DNA from: Octopus sinensis
Taxonomy: Eukaryota
Direction: 5' to 3'
Assembly (NCBI RefSeq): GCF_006345805.1
Contig: NC_043001.1
Coordinates: 81,716,001 to 81,780,000, forward strand
Length of the DNA stretch: 64,000 nt
In this document: in pieces, positions 1-12,429 of the stretch
Numbering within the stretch: position 1 is the stretch's first letter
How the letters are laid out: the number at the start of each line of letters is the position of its first letter
Made by a program: the position numbers and the translations under genes
The notes under the pieces: generated by a model
Told to the model about the DNA's origin: nothing
What the model saw: the letters and a program-made list of their open reading frames with translations, nothing else
Databases searched by the model: none

Positions 1-1060
1 CTGACCAAATTACACCCCTTATGTGTTTCAATTAATTTCTAACGTAATCATAAATTTAGTCTGGTTTCATTAAACAACTATAACTTTTTTATTTATCGAT
101 ATATTAATCTGATTTTTTGAAGATAATTTAATGAAATATTTTCAACCAATTCTATACTATAATTTTTGTCACAAAGTGACTAATTGCAGGTAGATACAGG
201 TAAATTCAACAAAATATAAAATTATTAAAATTTGTTCAAACATCGCTATAAAAAATGGGTTATTAGCTAATATTCAATTGGGTATACAACAAAATTTTAC
301 GATAGAATTTGTTATTCTGGGTAACTTTCTGATACCCATAATAATATTTATGGCAAAATAGGCCTTAATTTCATTTAAGGTTGTGGGAAATAACAAACTA
401 TCGTTTCTTTCGTTTTGTTTACGTTTAGCGTAACGGTTCGTTTTCGCTGTAATGATTTCAAAATGCTCATTCGAAAAAGTAAATAGAAATAGCCTAAGGC
501 TTTACCCTTCTGGGAAAGTCTGTGGCTTGGTCCAGTTTCTGCAGAAAAATCACCGAAAGAAACAGTTTTTTAAATTTTCACTCCATTCAGGTGCCAATTG
601 TTTTTCTTTATCGCTATCGGAGATCTCAGATTCACTGTTTTCACTTTCGGAAAATGAAACATCAAATTCATTATCAAATACCATGTGCTTTTTTTTTTCA
701 GTCATAGAGTTAGATTTATGAAGGTCTTCAGTAGAAAATCCTTCGAATTCTGACTCGCTGCTTGATATAATGAAATTTGTATCCATTTTTTGTCAGAATT
801 ACAAATTTTGAAAACACAATAGGACAAATTTCGGAAAAAAAATCTCCCAAAATTCACGGAATTAAAATTACACTTCGATTATTGTACAAAACTGTAGTTG
901 AACTGTTTACGAAGTATAATACATGTTTTCACGAATGTACTGAAGAGATTTACTCTGATATTCTCATTTAAATATGAATAGGTAAATTCGGGCGGCTTTG
1001 GTTTCATAAACCAAAATTTTTTTCGGGCGGCTTTGGGCGGTTTGGTAACGAAAGGGTTAA
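1..1060 (-). mobile_element. piggyBac-type transposon 5' end with decayed transposase N-terminus
   Basis: Minus-strand terminus TTAA|CCCTTTCGTTACC at 1060-1044. Subterminal direct repeat cgggcggctttgg at 989-1001 and 1024-1036. Acidic ORF 550..786 (SSSESEFEGFS...) followed after frameshift/stop by FLFTFSNEHFEIITAKTNRYA (about 492-427), a piggyBac-like TNRYA motif. Confidence 0.75.
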
Positions 1061-1142
1061 GCTTCCCTAAAAATGTGTCACTTTGTTCCAATGTTCAAAA
1101 TCAATTGATCTACAGAATATCATAGCTAGCCAAGCTTTCCCT

Positions 1143-1577
1143 TTAAACCTTTTGTTTTCCATATTTTTGTTGAAATAACTACCTTTATTTCAATTAAGTT
1201 TGAAAATAATGAAGCATTTAGGATAATAACTTTGTCGTTAATTAAACTGGCGTTTAAAACATAACATGAAATTTTAATGGAACGTTCTGGTTTAGATTAA
1301 TTTTAATGCTTGTTACCCTTTTGTCTAACCCATGCTAGCACTGAAAACAGACATCAAATGATGTTAATGATTTCTACTTAAACACATTGTCTTTGTTTTA
1401 GATTAATTTTGAAAATAATGAAAAATTTAGTAAAATAACTTTGGCATTATTAAGGTGGTGTTTTGAACATAAATTAACATGAAATTTTAATGAAAGGATT
1501 TTTAGATCACTTTAAAACAGCAAGTTTGTATCACAGAACAGGGCTGGCCTCAGATGGGTTCATACCGAAATGGTTAA
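1143..1577. mobile_element. TTAA-ended non-autonomous element (piggyBac-like MITE) with internal duplication
   Basis: Starts ttaaaccttttgtt, ends aaatggttaa. The internal gaaaataatga..ttag.....aactttg block occurs twice. Related copies at about 2433-2760, 22640-22860 and 45295-45720. Confidence 0.55.
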
Positions 1578-1667
1578 AACCACAAACTGTTTCATCTCTG
1601 ATTAGCTCCAGACTACACAGCAGTAATTTTCATCCTCTTCTCATCACAAGTAATAATAATAATAATT

Positions 1668-2150
1668 GGTATAAAAGATAAGCTACAGCAAATATTCTGC
1701 TCAATACCACAGATTTGCTTGTCAGTTGTTTGACCTTAATCAGTTAAGCATGTCTCTTGGTGGCTGACGATATGTGCATCTCTGATCATGAGCAGAAGTA
1801 GTGGAGGAGCTTCATAACCATGTGTTGAGAGGAATTCTTTGTGATTTGAACAATTCACTTCTGGAAACATGTGTGGTTCATTCAACATCCTTAAACAACC
1901 CTTATTCAGGGACCTTTTGAGCAGGATGGGTTACTTGACCTGAAGAAAATTTTAACTGGACCCCACCTGCAAGGTCATGTGCTATTTATCTTGATATGAG
2001 ATCACCATGTTGTGTACATATGGTTGTGATACATGTGTCTGGTGTACCCTTATCTGACAGGTAGTCATGATGGGTATATTGGGCTTCGTATATTTTACCT
2101 AATACCATTTTGATGGCATGTACTACTCTTTCAATAATAAAAATAATAAG
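1668..2150 (+). repeat. Interspersed repeat with (AAT)n 3' tail (probable LINE/SINE 3' end)
   Basis: Second copy at about 59750-60110 (gctacagcaaata...gatttgcttgtcagttgtttgacc...gtagtcatgatgggtata.tgggcttc.tatattt). Both end in caataataa. Confidence 0.6.
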
Positions 2151-3169
2151 TTGTCGTTGTTGTCATCATTATTAACAACCATTTTTCATGTTGACATGGG
2201 TTGAACAGTTTGACAGGAACTAGCAAACTAAAAGACTGCACCAGGCTTCACTCTCAGTTTTGGCACTGGCGAAATCTGTTTTGGCATGAATTTTATGGCT
2301 GGATGCCCTTCCTAATGCCAACCACTTTACAGAAAGGTCCGGGTACTTTTACGTGGCACCAGCATCAGTGAGGTCTGCTTTGGCATGATTTTTACAGCTG
2401 GGTGCCCTTCCAAATGCCAAAGCTACCAGCTACTTAACCCTTTTGTTACCTTATTTCTATTGAAATACATTATTTCAATACATTATTTCAGCGGTGGTGC
2501 CCCAGCATGGCCACGGCCTTCGGGCTAAAACATTTTTAAGGATTTAATTTTTTAAATAATGAAAAATTTATTAAAGTAGCTTTGTCATTAATAAGCTGGT
2601 TCTCGGAATATGAATTACCTTGACATTCTAATGGAAGCTTTTAATTTTGATCATTCTAAAAACAGTAAGTTTGTATCATAGAACCAAAAGCACTCACAGA
2701 CAAGTTTGTACCAAAAGTTTTAAAACAGGAATTTGTGTCACAGAACCAAGGGTATTATCAGGTGGACATTAATGTCTTGAGTTTCAGGACTCGCAGAGCT
2801 GTTACTTAGTTTCCATGGCATATAAGTGACCAAAATCATATTCCCCTAAACATTTCATTGACCCCCGAAAGAATGAAAGACAACGTCAACGTCAGCAGAA
2901 CTTGAACTCAGAATGTGAAAACGGATGAAATGCTGTTAAGCATTTTGCCTGGTGTGCTAACAATTCTGCCAGCTCGCCACATTTAGTAATAATAATAAGA
3001 AGAAGAAGAATGTAAAGACAGACGAAATGCTGCTTGAGTTACAGAAATATTGATGACAATTCAAAACAAACAAGAACAGGGAGATGAGTTAAGAATGTCA
3101 GAGAAAAGTTGTCTATGGCCTTTGCTCCATAGGGAGCAAAAAGCTTAAGTAAGTAGAAACAGTACTCAC

Positions 3170-3281
3170 ATTGACTGTCCACTAAAACTACATGGTCAGC
3201 AGGGAAATAGCCAGGCTTGGACATCCTGTCATTATGAATTACACATCCTTTCCATATTCCGTCGGCTTTCTGTTCGAGCAC
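3170..3281 (-). CDS. caskin: Caskin-like gene, coding exon D (SH3 C-terminal half): VLEQKADGIWKGCVIHNDRMSKPGYFPADHVVLVDSQ
   Basis: Acceptor ttttttttttctag|GTGCTC, donor CAAT|gtgagt. 112 bp, phase 0 to 1. SH3 hallmarks G.W.G and GYFP. Overlaps supplied ORF 3039..3281. Confidence 0.93.
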
Positions 3282-4546
3282 CTAGAAAAAAAAAAGATAC
3301 ATCTCAACATTAAAATAAATACCTGTGAGAGTTAAGGAGGGTACTCAGGTATGTCAAAAACATTTCACTTTAGAGAGAGAGGGTTTATATACTTTGGAAA
3401 GGAATCTAAATGTAAGAAAAGTATCCTAAACACTGTTGGCTTTTTGTTCAAGCAGGAAGATAAAAGATTAAAATACCTATATGCATATGAAGAGTAACGA
3501 GGTAAGAGAACATCACCTTGTTCTAAGATAAGAGAAGTAAATAGGTGTAAGAATCACATCTTACTGCAGAGAGAGTACCTCTGCATCTAGAGGCAAAGAG
3601 TATATCCAATCATTGGCAGGGCATCCTGTTATATATGGACCCCTTTGATTTTGTATTTTATTCTGGTGGACCCCATACTAATTTGATGTTTAAAAACGGG
3701 TTTTATAGAAACTTTATTTTGTTTTCCACACATTAACTAAAAAGTAAAATGTTAGAGAAAGAAACCTAGCTGTTTCTTCCAATGCATACATCTATAACAA
3801 ATTTTTTTGCGAGAGGTTGGATCTGGTCAATTTTAACATAAAACAGGTGGAATATTTGAGCCAGATATGGCCAGATTAAATGCTAAACGGCTAAACACAC
3901 ACATGCACACACACACTCACTCACCACACACACACACACACAAAGACAGGGTGGTTACAGCTGGAATGTATTTGATCATATGCCTTCTGGATCAGAGTCT
4001 GACTCAGGGTTAAACATCCACAAAGATATCATGAATGAGATCAACAATCACAGTAAGAACCAGAACAATATTTAGGAGTGATTCAGCTGTATTCTGAGCC
4101 CCTGCACTCCATCCCCCACCCTACCAGAACCTGACCTCCAAGTATATTTTTGGTCCTGATTCCATCATACACAAAATTCCTGGAGGAATTATTCACCAGA
4201 AAAATAAATAAAAAAGTGAATAAATACATAACCAAGCTTACAAAAAAAAAAAAAAAGAAAAGAAATAAAGAAAGAAAGAAAGAAAAAGGAAAAATATACA
4301 CACACAAAAAAAAAAATGCTTGTTCCATCTTGAAAAGAATCTTTTATTTTGAAAATATTCTGAGACAGAATAGCAAAACATACAGGTTTAAAGAACAGGA
4401 TTGGTTAGTGATGTATTCCAGGTAGGGTGGAACTGGTTGTTGAACTGTAAGGAACCCAAACACAATCTGTTATTGGTAACCTTTTACAATATACACCCAC
4501 GCATACATTTGATATGTGTAGTTCCATGTAACACACACACACACAC

Positions 4547-4591
<45 letters not shown>

Positions 4592-5227
4592 TATATGTAA
4601 TACACACACAAGTGCGTACACTTTGCTAGCTATGTATATTTCTAAAACAGCTGGGTACTAGCTCATAAACGCAATGTGTATATATACATACAAACAAGAA
4701 AATGAAGAACTAAAACATCATCAGCACCACAGAAGCACCATCACAACTATTCCCCCCACCCCGATCACACCATTGAACTACCACTTCCACCACTCCAACC
4801 TGGAGTGTATTATTTTCTCTGACAAACATCGGGTTAATGAAAATACTCTTAAACTATGGTTTGCCAGAAACGTTATCCAAGAATCTATAGAATAATATTT
4901 TTCTTTGACAAATAAATAAATAAAATAATAAACATAAAATATAGAAGCAAAAAGTAAAGGAAGAATATACACATCTATCATCATCATCATCATTCAATAT
5001 CCATGCTCCATGCTGGCATAAGCTGGATGGTTTGGCAGGATCTGATGGGTCCAAGGACCACATCATGCTGGGACTTCAGTGTCTACTTTGGCAGGGTTTC
5101 TACAATAAGATGCCCTTCTTAAAGTCAACCAATTTACAACATGCACTGGGTACCATTTTTCTTTTATGCTACCACCTCTAGTGAAGTTGTAAAATCTAAG
5201 ATGGGTTGTGGAGGGGGATCTTTATGC

Positions 5228-5483
5228 CAGGAGTGCTTTTCAACCATTTTTTTTACTTATGGACTCTTTTCATTCTTATTTTACTCAGATGGACTCTCCT
5301 AGCCATTTAATGTTTAAAAAATCAAATATTTTTAGAATCAGACATTAGAAGAAATTGTATTAAAAAATTGTTAAAATATTGTTATACTGTAGAAGTATAA
5401 CAAATTTATTGCAGGTAGATTTTAATGACAAAATCTTATATGGACCGCCAAAGAGCTAAATGGACCCCAGATGAGAACCGCTG
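5228..5483. mobile_element. hAT/Charlie-like MITE
   Basis: Decayed CAGNGGTTCTCAA-type TIRs (end atgagaaccgctg). Same internal tatggaccc motifs as 16337-16677; fragments at about 3620-3720, 7420-7503 and 52851-52900. Confidence 0.5.
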
Positions 5484-6119
5484 GTATTAAGTACAAAAGA
5501 GAAGGTAGTATGATGAGCAGATTCTTGTGGTTGAGGAGTTATATGGCAATAATCAACCACAAAAGGTAAAGTTGATCTTGGTAGGGATCATCTTACCCTG
5601 TCTAATAAAATAAATACCAGTCAAAAACTGGGGCTGATTTAACTTGTTCTCTCCCCAAGAATGTGCGGCCTTGTGCTTAGTGAGGTTGAAAATCAAATAA
5701 TAGAAAGAGCAAGAAGAGTTTCTTACATAGGTACAATGTCATTAATTCCATACCAAAAAGATGAAAACTATAGCTGATCTCCGCAAGATTTGAACTCACA
5801 ATGTGCTTTAATAATAATGATAACAACAATGGTTTCAAATTTTGCCACAGGGGCAGCAATTTTGGACGATGGGATGAGTCAATTACATCAATCCCAGTGT
5901 TCAACTGGTATTTATTTTATTGATCCTGAAAGGATGAAAGCAAAGTCGACCTCAGCAGAATTTGAACTCAGAAAGTAGCGATGGGTGAAATACTGCTAAG
6001 CATTTCGTCCAGTGTGCTAATGATTCTGCCAGCTCACCACCTTATTATTATAATGATGATGATGATGATGATGATGATGAAGATGATGATGATCATCCTT
6101 TCTACTATAGGCACAAAGC

Positions 6120-6495
6120 CTGAAATTCAGAATGAGGGAGTTAGTCGATTACATTTACCCCAGTGTATAACTGGTACTTATTTCATCGACTCTGAAAGGA
6201 TGAAAGGCAAAGTCAACCTCAGCACCATTTGAACTCAGAAACATGAAGACAGACGAAATACCTGTTTCTTTACTACCCACAAGGGGCTAAACAGAGAGAA
6301 GACAAACAAGGACAGACAAACGGATTAAGTCGATTATATCGACCCCAGTGCATAACTAGTACTTATTTAATCGACCCCGAAAGGATTAAAGGCAAAGTCA
6401 ACCTCGGTGGAATTTGAACTCAGAACGTAGCGACAGATGAAATACCACTAAGCATTTTGCCCAGTATGTTAATTATTCTGCCAGCTTGCTGCCTT
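6120..6495 (-). mobile_element. SINE family B (tRNA-like head ggcgagctggcag..ttctgagttcaaattcc, central gcctttcatcctttcggggtcgat domain), tandem/truncated copies
   Basis: Reverse complement of the copy at 14859-15089. More copies at about 5780-6035, 7075-7300, 46540-46740, 49310-49695, 50770-51005 and 59390-59590. The central motif resembles the conserved MetaSINE-type domain (recalled, unverified). Confidence 0.7.
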
Positions 6496-7889
6496 TCAAA
6501 TAATAATAATCATTTCTACTACAAGCACAAGGCCTGAAATTTTGGAGGTGTGGTGGTAGTGTTGGTGGGCACCGGTTGGTTACATCAATCCCAATGCTTA
6601 ACTTGTACTTATTTCACCAACCCCTGAAAGGATGTAAGACATTCAACCGCAGCTGAATTTGAACACTGAATGTCAAAAATTTGAACTCTGAATGCTGGAC
6701 AAAATGCTCCTAAGCATTTATTTATTTCAGTAATTTGATTGTGGCCATGCTGGAGCATTACCTTGAAGGGGTTTTAGTTGAACAAGTCAATCCCAGGAAT
6801 TATTTCTTAAGCCTACAAATTATTCTTTTACTGAACCACTAAGTTAGGAGGATGTAAACACACCAACATCGGTTGTCAAGTGGTGATGGGGAGAGGAAAG
6901 GACAAAGAGACACACACTCACACACATAGATATACATATATCTATATGTAGCATCTTAATACTTTACACATGTTACGTTCTCACATTTGTCTTTTTCTCC
7001 GTTTCTGAATTAACTATATATATATATACACACACACACACATACATAATGGGCTTCTTTCAGTTTCTTATTTCTTTACTGCCTACAAGGAGCTACACAC
7101 AGAGAAGACAAACAAGGACAGACAAACGGATTAAATCGATTATATCGATCCATGTGCATAACTAGTACTTATTTAATCGACTTCAAAAGGATGAAAGGTA
7201 AAGTCGGCCTCAGTGGAATTTGAACTCAGACTGTAGTGGCAGACGAAATACCACTAAGCATTTCGTCCAGCGTGCTAACGTTTCTGCCAGATTGCCAGCT
7301 TCTTTCAGTTTCTGTCTATCAAAATCCACTCACAAAGCATTGGTCGGCCTGAAGCTATAGTAGAAGACACTTGCCAAAGGTGCCACGCAATGGGACTGAA
7401 CCTGGATTTGTAGAAGCATGAGTAAATTATTGCAGATAAATATTAACAACAAAATCTTATATGGACCCCCAAGGGCCATACGAATCACAGTTGAGAACCA
7501 CCATGTTAAATGATAATGCTGATAGGCAAAAGGCTTGAAATTTGGTGGCAGAAAGTTAACCAGTTGCATCAAACTCAACTGGTCCTTTCTCACAATTTCC
7601 ACCCTAAAACCCTTATTCTTAGGTGCAGTGATGTTGCTCTGAACAAGTGGAAGTGAATTGCACTTCAATGAGCTTGTGTTTGATTAAATTTAATTCAAGT
7701 ATCACTGGTGTATATAACTATGTCCTAGAAGTATAAATGGCAAAATTGGCCTTGATGAGATTTGATCTCAGAGCATAAAGTACAAATGTAGCAAGGCATT
7801 CTGTTTGAGGGTCTAGTAATTCAGCCAATTGTGCCAACCATGACCACACATACAAACACAGATGTGTATATATATATATATATATATGT

Positions 7890-8040
7890 ATCTCTGTGTA
7901 TCTTTCTGTTGAAGAGCGTAGGCTCGAAACGTTAAAGACTTGTTTTATTTATATTTCCTGAGCGCCATACTAATACAATTGTTCGTTTGTTTTCCACCTG
8001 CCTTCGTCTTTTGTTTATTTTCATAAAGCTTCCCGTTATA
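7890..8040 (+). mobile_element. Penelope-like element terminal fragment with hammerhead-like motif (type a)
   Basis: ctgttgaagagcgtaggctcgaaacgttaaagac...cctgagcgccatactaatac...ccacctgccttcgtcttttgttt. Reverse-complement copy at about 46095-46295. Confidence 0.55.
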
Positions 8041-8054
8041 TATATATATATATA

Positions 8055-8479
8055 GGCGCAGGAGTGGCTGTGTGGTAAGTAGCTTGCTTACCAACCACAT
8101 GGTTCCAGGTTCAGTCCCACTGCATGGCATCTTGGGCAAGTGTCTTCTGCTATAGCCCCGGGCCAACCAATGCCTTGTGAGTGGATTTGATAGGTGGAAA
8201 CTGAAAGAAGCCTGTCGTAAATATGTATATATATGTGTGTGTGTGTGTGTGTGTCTGTGTGTGTATGTGTTTGTCTCCCTAGCATTGCTTGACAACCGAT
8301 GCTGGTGTGTTTATGTCCCCGTTACTTAGCGGTTCGGCAAAAGAGACCGATAGAATAAGTACCGGGCTTACAAAAGAATAAGTCCCGGGGTCGAGTTGCT
8401 CGATTAAAAAAGGCGATGCTCCAGCATGGCCGCAGTCAAATGACTGAAACAAGTAAAAGAGTAAAAGAGTAAAGAGTAA
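8055..8479 (+). mobile_element. SINE family A, full length (tRNA-derived head, CORE-like cttgggcaagt motif, (TAAAAGAG)n tail)
   Basis: Box A TGGCTGTGTGG, box B GGTTCAGTCCC, internal (TA/TG)n, 3' ctccagcatggccgcagtcaaatgactgaaac then taaaagag repeats. Dozens of partial copies occur throughout the window. Confidence 0.8.
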
Positions 8480-9379
8480 TATAAAAGTCATATGAAGAAT
8501 AACCACTGAAAAGAGTTGTAGGAGGAGGAGGAAGAAGGAAGGAAGGAAAGCAGGAAAAAAAAGAAAAGAAAGAAAAAAGAAAAGAAATTGGGAGAAGTGG
8601 GGTCTGTGACTAAGGAATGTTCTGGCATCTGTGAATCTGAAATTCCTCAGATAAGATGCAACTTGATAAAGCAGAATGATGCAGTGGAGAATGGTGGTAC
8701 TGGTATAGGTATTGTTAGTGTGAAGGTGCTGGTGGTAGTACTGGAAGTAGTGGTGGTGGTTGTGGTACTCTTAGTGGTCACGATACTGATAGTGATGATG
8801 GAGGCTGGAGTAGTGCTGGTGGTGCAAGTACTGGTGCGATGCTAATTGTGGGGCTACTGGTAGGTAGTGCTGGTGATGGTACAGGCAGTTGTGTTAGTGG
8901 TTCTGGCAGTAGTGCTGTTAATGGTGCAAGCAGTAGGGATGCTGATAGTGGTAGGGGTGGTAGTACTGGTAATGGTGATAGTGGTGATATGGTGGTACTT
9001 GCAGTAGTGGTACTATTGATGAAGGTGGCAGTAGTCAAGGTACTGTTGACGCAGAGGCAAAACTCTGTGTGTGTGTGTGTGTGAGTATGAGAAAGAAAGA
9101 GAGAAATACAGAGATGGATGGATGGATATAGATAGGCAGATAAACAGACAGAAATACACACACACCCTCGTCTGGCACCTGTGCCGGTGGCACGTAAAAA
9201 GCACCCACTACACTCATGGAATGGTTGGCGTTAGGAAGGGCATCCAGCCGTAGAAACATTGCCAGATCAGACTGGGCCTGGTGCAGCCTTCTGGCTTCCC
9301 AGACCCCAGTTGCACCGTCCAACCCATGGAAATGCGGATGCTAAACGATGATGATGATGATACAGAGAGATATATAAAC

Positions 9380-9825
9380 TAATACAAATGCAAAAGGTAC
9401 CCTTGTACCTTAACTAATATTCATGCACAAGGCACCCTTATATCTCAATTAATACTGACATACTTCAACTAATATCACACACACACACACGGTACCTTCA
9501 TGTCAAATAGTACTCACATACAAAGTATCTCTGTACCTTAACTAATACTCACACACAAGGTACTCACATATATCAGCTAATACAAACATAAGGTACCCCT
9601 GTGCTTCAACTAATACTCATGCAAAAAGTACTCACCTCGACTAATATACATACAAGGTATCCCTGTACCTCAACTAATACACACATAAAGTACCCCTGTA
9701 CCTCAATTAGTACTCACATACAAGGTACCTGCATACTTCAACTAATACTCGCACACAAGGTACTCTCATGTCTCAATAGTACTTACATACAAGGTACCCT
9801 CACACCTCAACTAACATACACTAAA
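9380..9825. repeat. Degenerate ~35-bp minisatellite (acatacaaggtacccctgtacctcaactaatactc)
   Basis: About a dozen diverged units recognisable by aaggtacc...caactaatac. Confidence 0.75.
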
Positions 9826-10094
9826 ACATCAGCAAGACATTACACATCATCAACACATTGTTAACATAACACACATATACACACTAAATCCTTTTTACAA
9901 TAACGCATACATATACTCAGCGTCGCCTTACTGGGACTTGTGCCGGTGGCATGTAAAAACAACATTTGAGCGTGGCTATTGTTAGTACCACCTGACCCAT
10001 GCTAGCATGGAAAGCAGGCGTTAACGATGATGATGATGATATACAGCACACACACCTACACACCGAATGGAAGATATATATATATATAAATGTA

Positions 10095-10133
<39 letters not shown>

Positions 10134-10744
10134 CAATGTATATATGTTTACACACACATACACGTGGTTAAAACACACACCTTCACCCCTACAGATAGAC
10201 ACACTGTTGACCTATAGCCCTAATTAGTAGTGACATATTCTCATCAACGTAAACCAATGTATATAGATTGCAAGGTAAACAGACAAACAGTTCATTATCA
10301 ACACACACCACACACACACACATGCAATCACACTCAAGTAGCTGATATCAAAAGTATACTAAATGAAGATTGACACATCAGATAACAACCACACAGTAGA
10401 TATATTATTACTGATACAGCATGTGCATTCATGAGTTGTGAGCGAGCATACACATATGTGAGTGAGTGAATGAGTGAGTGAGTGAGTGTAGGATGGCTTG
10501 GCTGAAGGCATGGCTGTGGGGTTAAGAAGCTTGTACTGCAAACCATGTGGATTTGGGTTCTGTACCATTGTGTGACACCATAGGTGTCCTTTATTATAGC
10601 TGCAGTCCAACTAATGTTTTTTGTGAGTGAATTTGGAACTGTTGTGCACGCATGTGTGTGTGTATATATATATATATATAAATATATATATACACACACA
10701 CACATATATATATATATATGTGTATATATATATATATATATATA

Positions 10745-10955
10745 CCATTCAAAATGTGACCGCGTGTGTATTGTTGGCGATTTTTTTTCCTCTGTCTTCC
10801 CTTCTTTGGATCTTTCAATTTTCCTATGTTTCTGACGAAGAGCTCCGCTCGAAACGTTAAAACCCTCCTTTTTCCTGAGCGTCCAATAATACTATACTTG
10901 TTCCACGTTCTCGCGTTGTTGTGTTTTCTCTTTGTGTTTTCATGTTTGGATTAAC
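10745..10955 (+). mobile_element. Penelope-like element terminal fragment with hammerhead-like motif (type b)
   Basis: tgtgaccgcgtgtgta..ttggcga....ctatgtttctgacgaagagctccgctcgaaacgttaa...gagcgtccaataatactata.ttgttccacgt. Reverse-complement copy at about 36055-36270. Confidence 0.6.
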
Positions 10956-10991
<36 letters not shown>

Positions 10992-11154
10992 AACAGAGGC
11001 ACAGGCTGTGTGGCAAGAAGCTTGCTTCCCAACCACATGGTTCCGGGTTCTGTCCCACTGCTTAGCACCTTGAGCAAGTGTCTTCTACTATAGTCTCAGA
11101 CCATCCAAAGCCTTGAGAGTGGATTTGGTCGATGGTAACTGAAAGAAGTCTATC

Positions 11155-11198
<44 letters not shown>

Positions 11199-12167
11199 AT
11201 ATATCACTGCTTGACAACTGGTGTTGGTGTGTTTACATCCCTGTAACTTAGCGAACTGCTTAGCATTTTGGGCAAGTGTCTTCTACTACAGTCCCAGGCC
11301 TTCCAAAGCTTTGTGAATGGGTTTGGTAGATGGAAGTTGAAAGAAACCTGTTGTGTGTGTGTACTTGTTCCCCACCAATGCTTGACAACTGGTGTTATCC
11401 CTGTAATGTAGTGGTTCAGCAAAAGGAATCAACAGAATAAATACCAGGCTTAAAAAAAGTATTAGGGCATGGAGAGGGGAGGCTGGTATGCATGGCTGAC
11501 TGCTGGTCTTCCATAAACAACCATGCCCGGACTTGTGCCTCAGAGGGTAACTTTGTAGGTGCAATCTCATGGGCATTCATGACCAAAGGGGGTCCTTACC
11601 TTTTAACAGAATAATCTGAAAGCTAAAGGGTAATGTTTGTTTGCCATGCTAGAATGGGTTGGACAGTTTCACAGAATCCACTGAGCTGTAGGACTGTATT
11701 GAGCTTCAAGGTCAGCTTGGGAATAGTTTCTATAGTTGGATACCCTTCCTAATGCCAACCACTTTACACTAAAACACAATGTATTGTACCACAGTGTGAT
11801 CAAGCAATCTGGACACTGAGTAATTGCTGCACAGTGTGATTGGGTATCTAGCAAACCTGGAAAATGAGTAACTGATAAATAGTGTAAATGAGGTTTAGAG
11901 CTCAATAGCTGATACACTATAATATGACAGAGGTTTCTAGGAGTCAGTAACTGATATACATTATGACTAGGTACCCAGCAACCAAAAAACTCAATAGCTA
12001 ATAAAGTGTGACTACAGTACCCAGTAATACAGTGTAACTGGACTGAGGTATCCAGCAGTTTAAAAACCCAGTAGCTGATCGGTATGATTAGAGTACTCAG
12101 CAACTGACAGTTTGTGGCAGAGCTATTCAGCAACTAAGGGACTCAGTAATTAGAGTATTATTAAATA

Positions 12168-12384
12168 CAAGAGGGTGCTAAAAAGTTCTTGACTTTGGGT
12201 AAAAGAAAATACAGGAGGATCAGCTAATAATAATTTTATTCAACATATTTCCCTCTCAGATTCACACACTTATTGCAGTGGTCCTTCAGTTTTTCGAAGC
12301 CCTGCAAAAGAACTCGGAAGGTTGAGCCTTCAACCAGACCTTTTGTGATACCCCTAAAGCCAGGAACTTTTCCGCATTCCCTTG
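12168..12384. mobile_element. Tc1/mariner-type MITE with TA target duplication
   Basis: TA|caagagggtgctaaaaagttc ... gaacttttccgcattcccttg|TA. Second copy at about 35816-36031 ends gaacttttcagcacccactcg. Confidence 0.7.
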
Positions 12385-12429
12385 TATTATAAGACTAAGG
12401 TACTCAGAAACCTACAGAGTAAGTAACTG

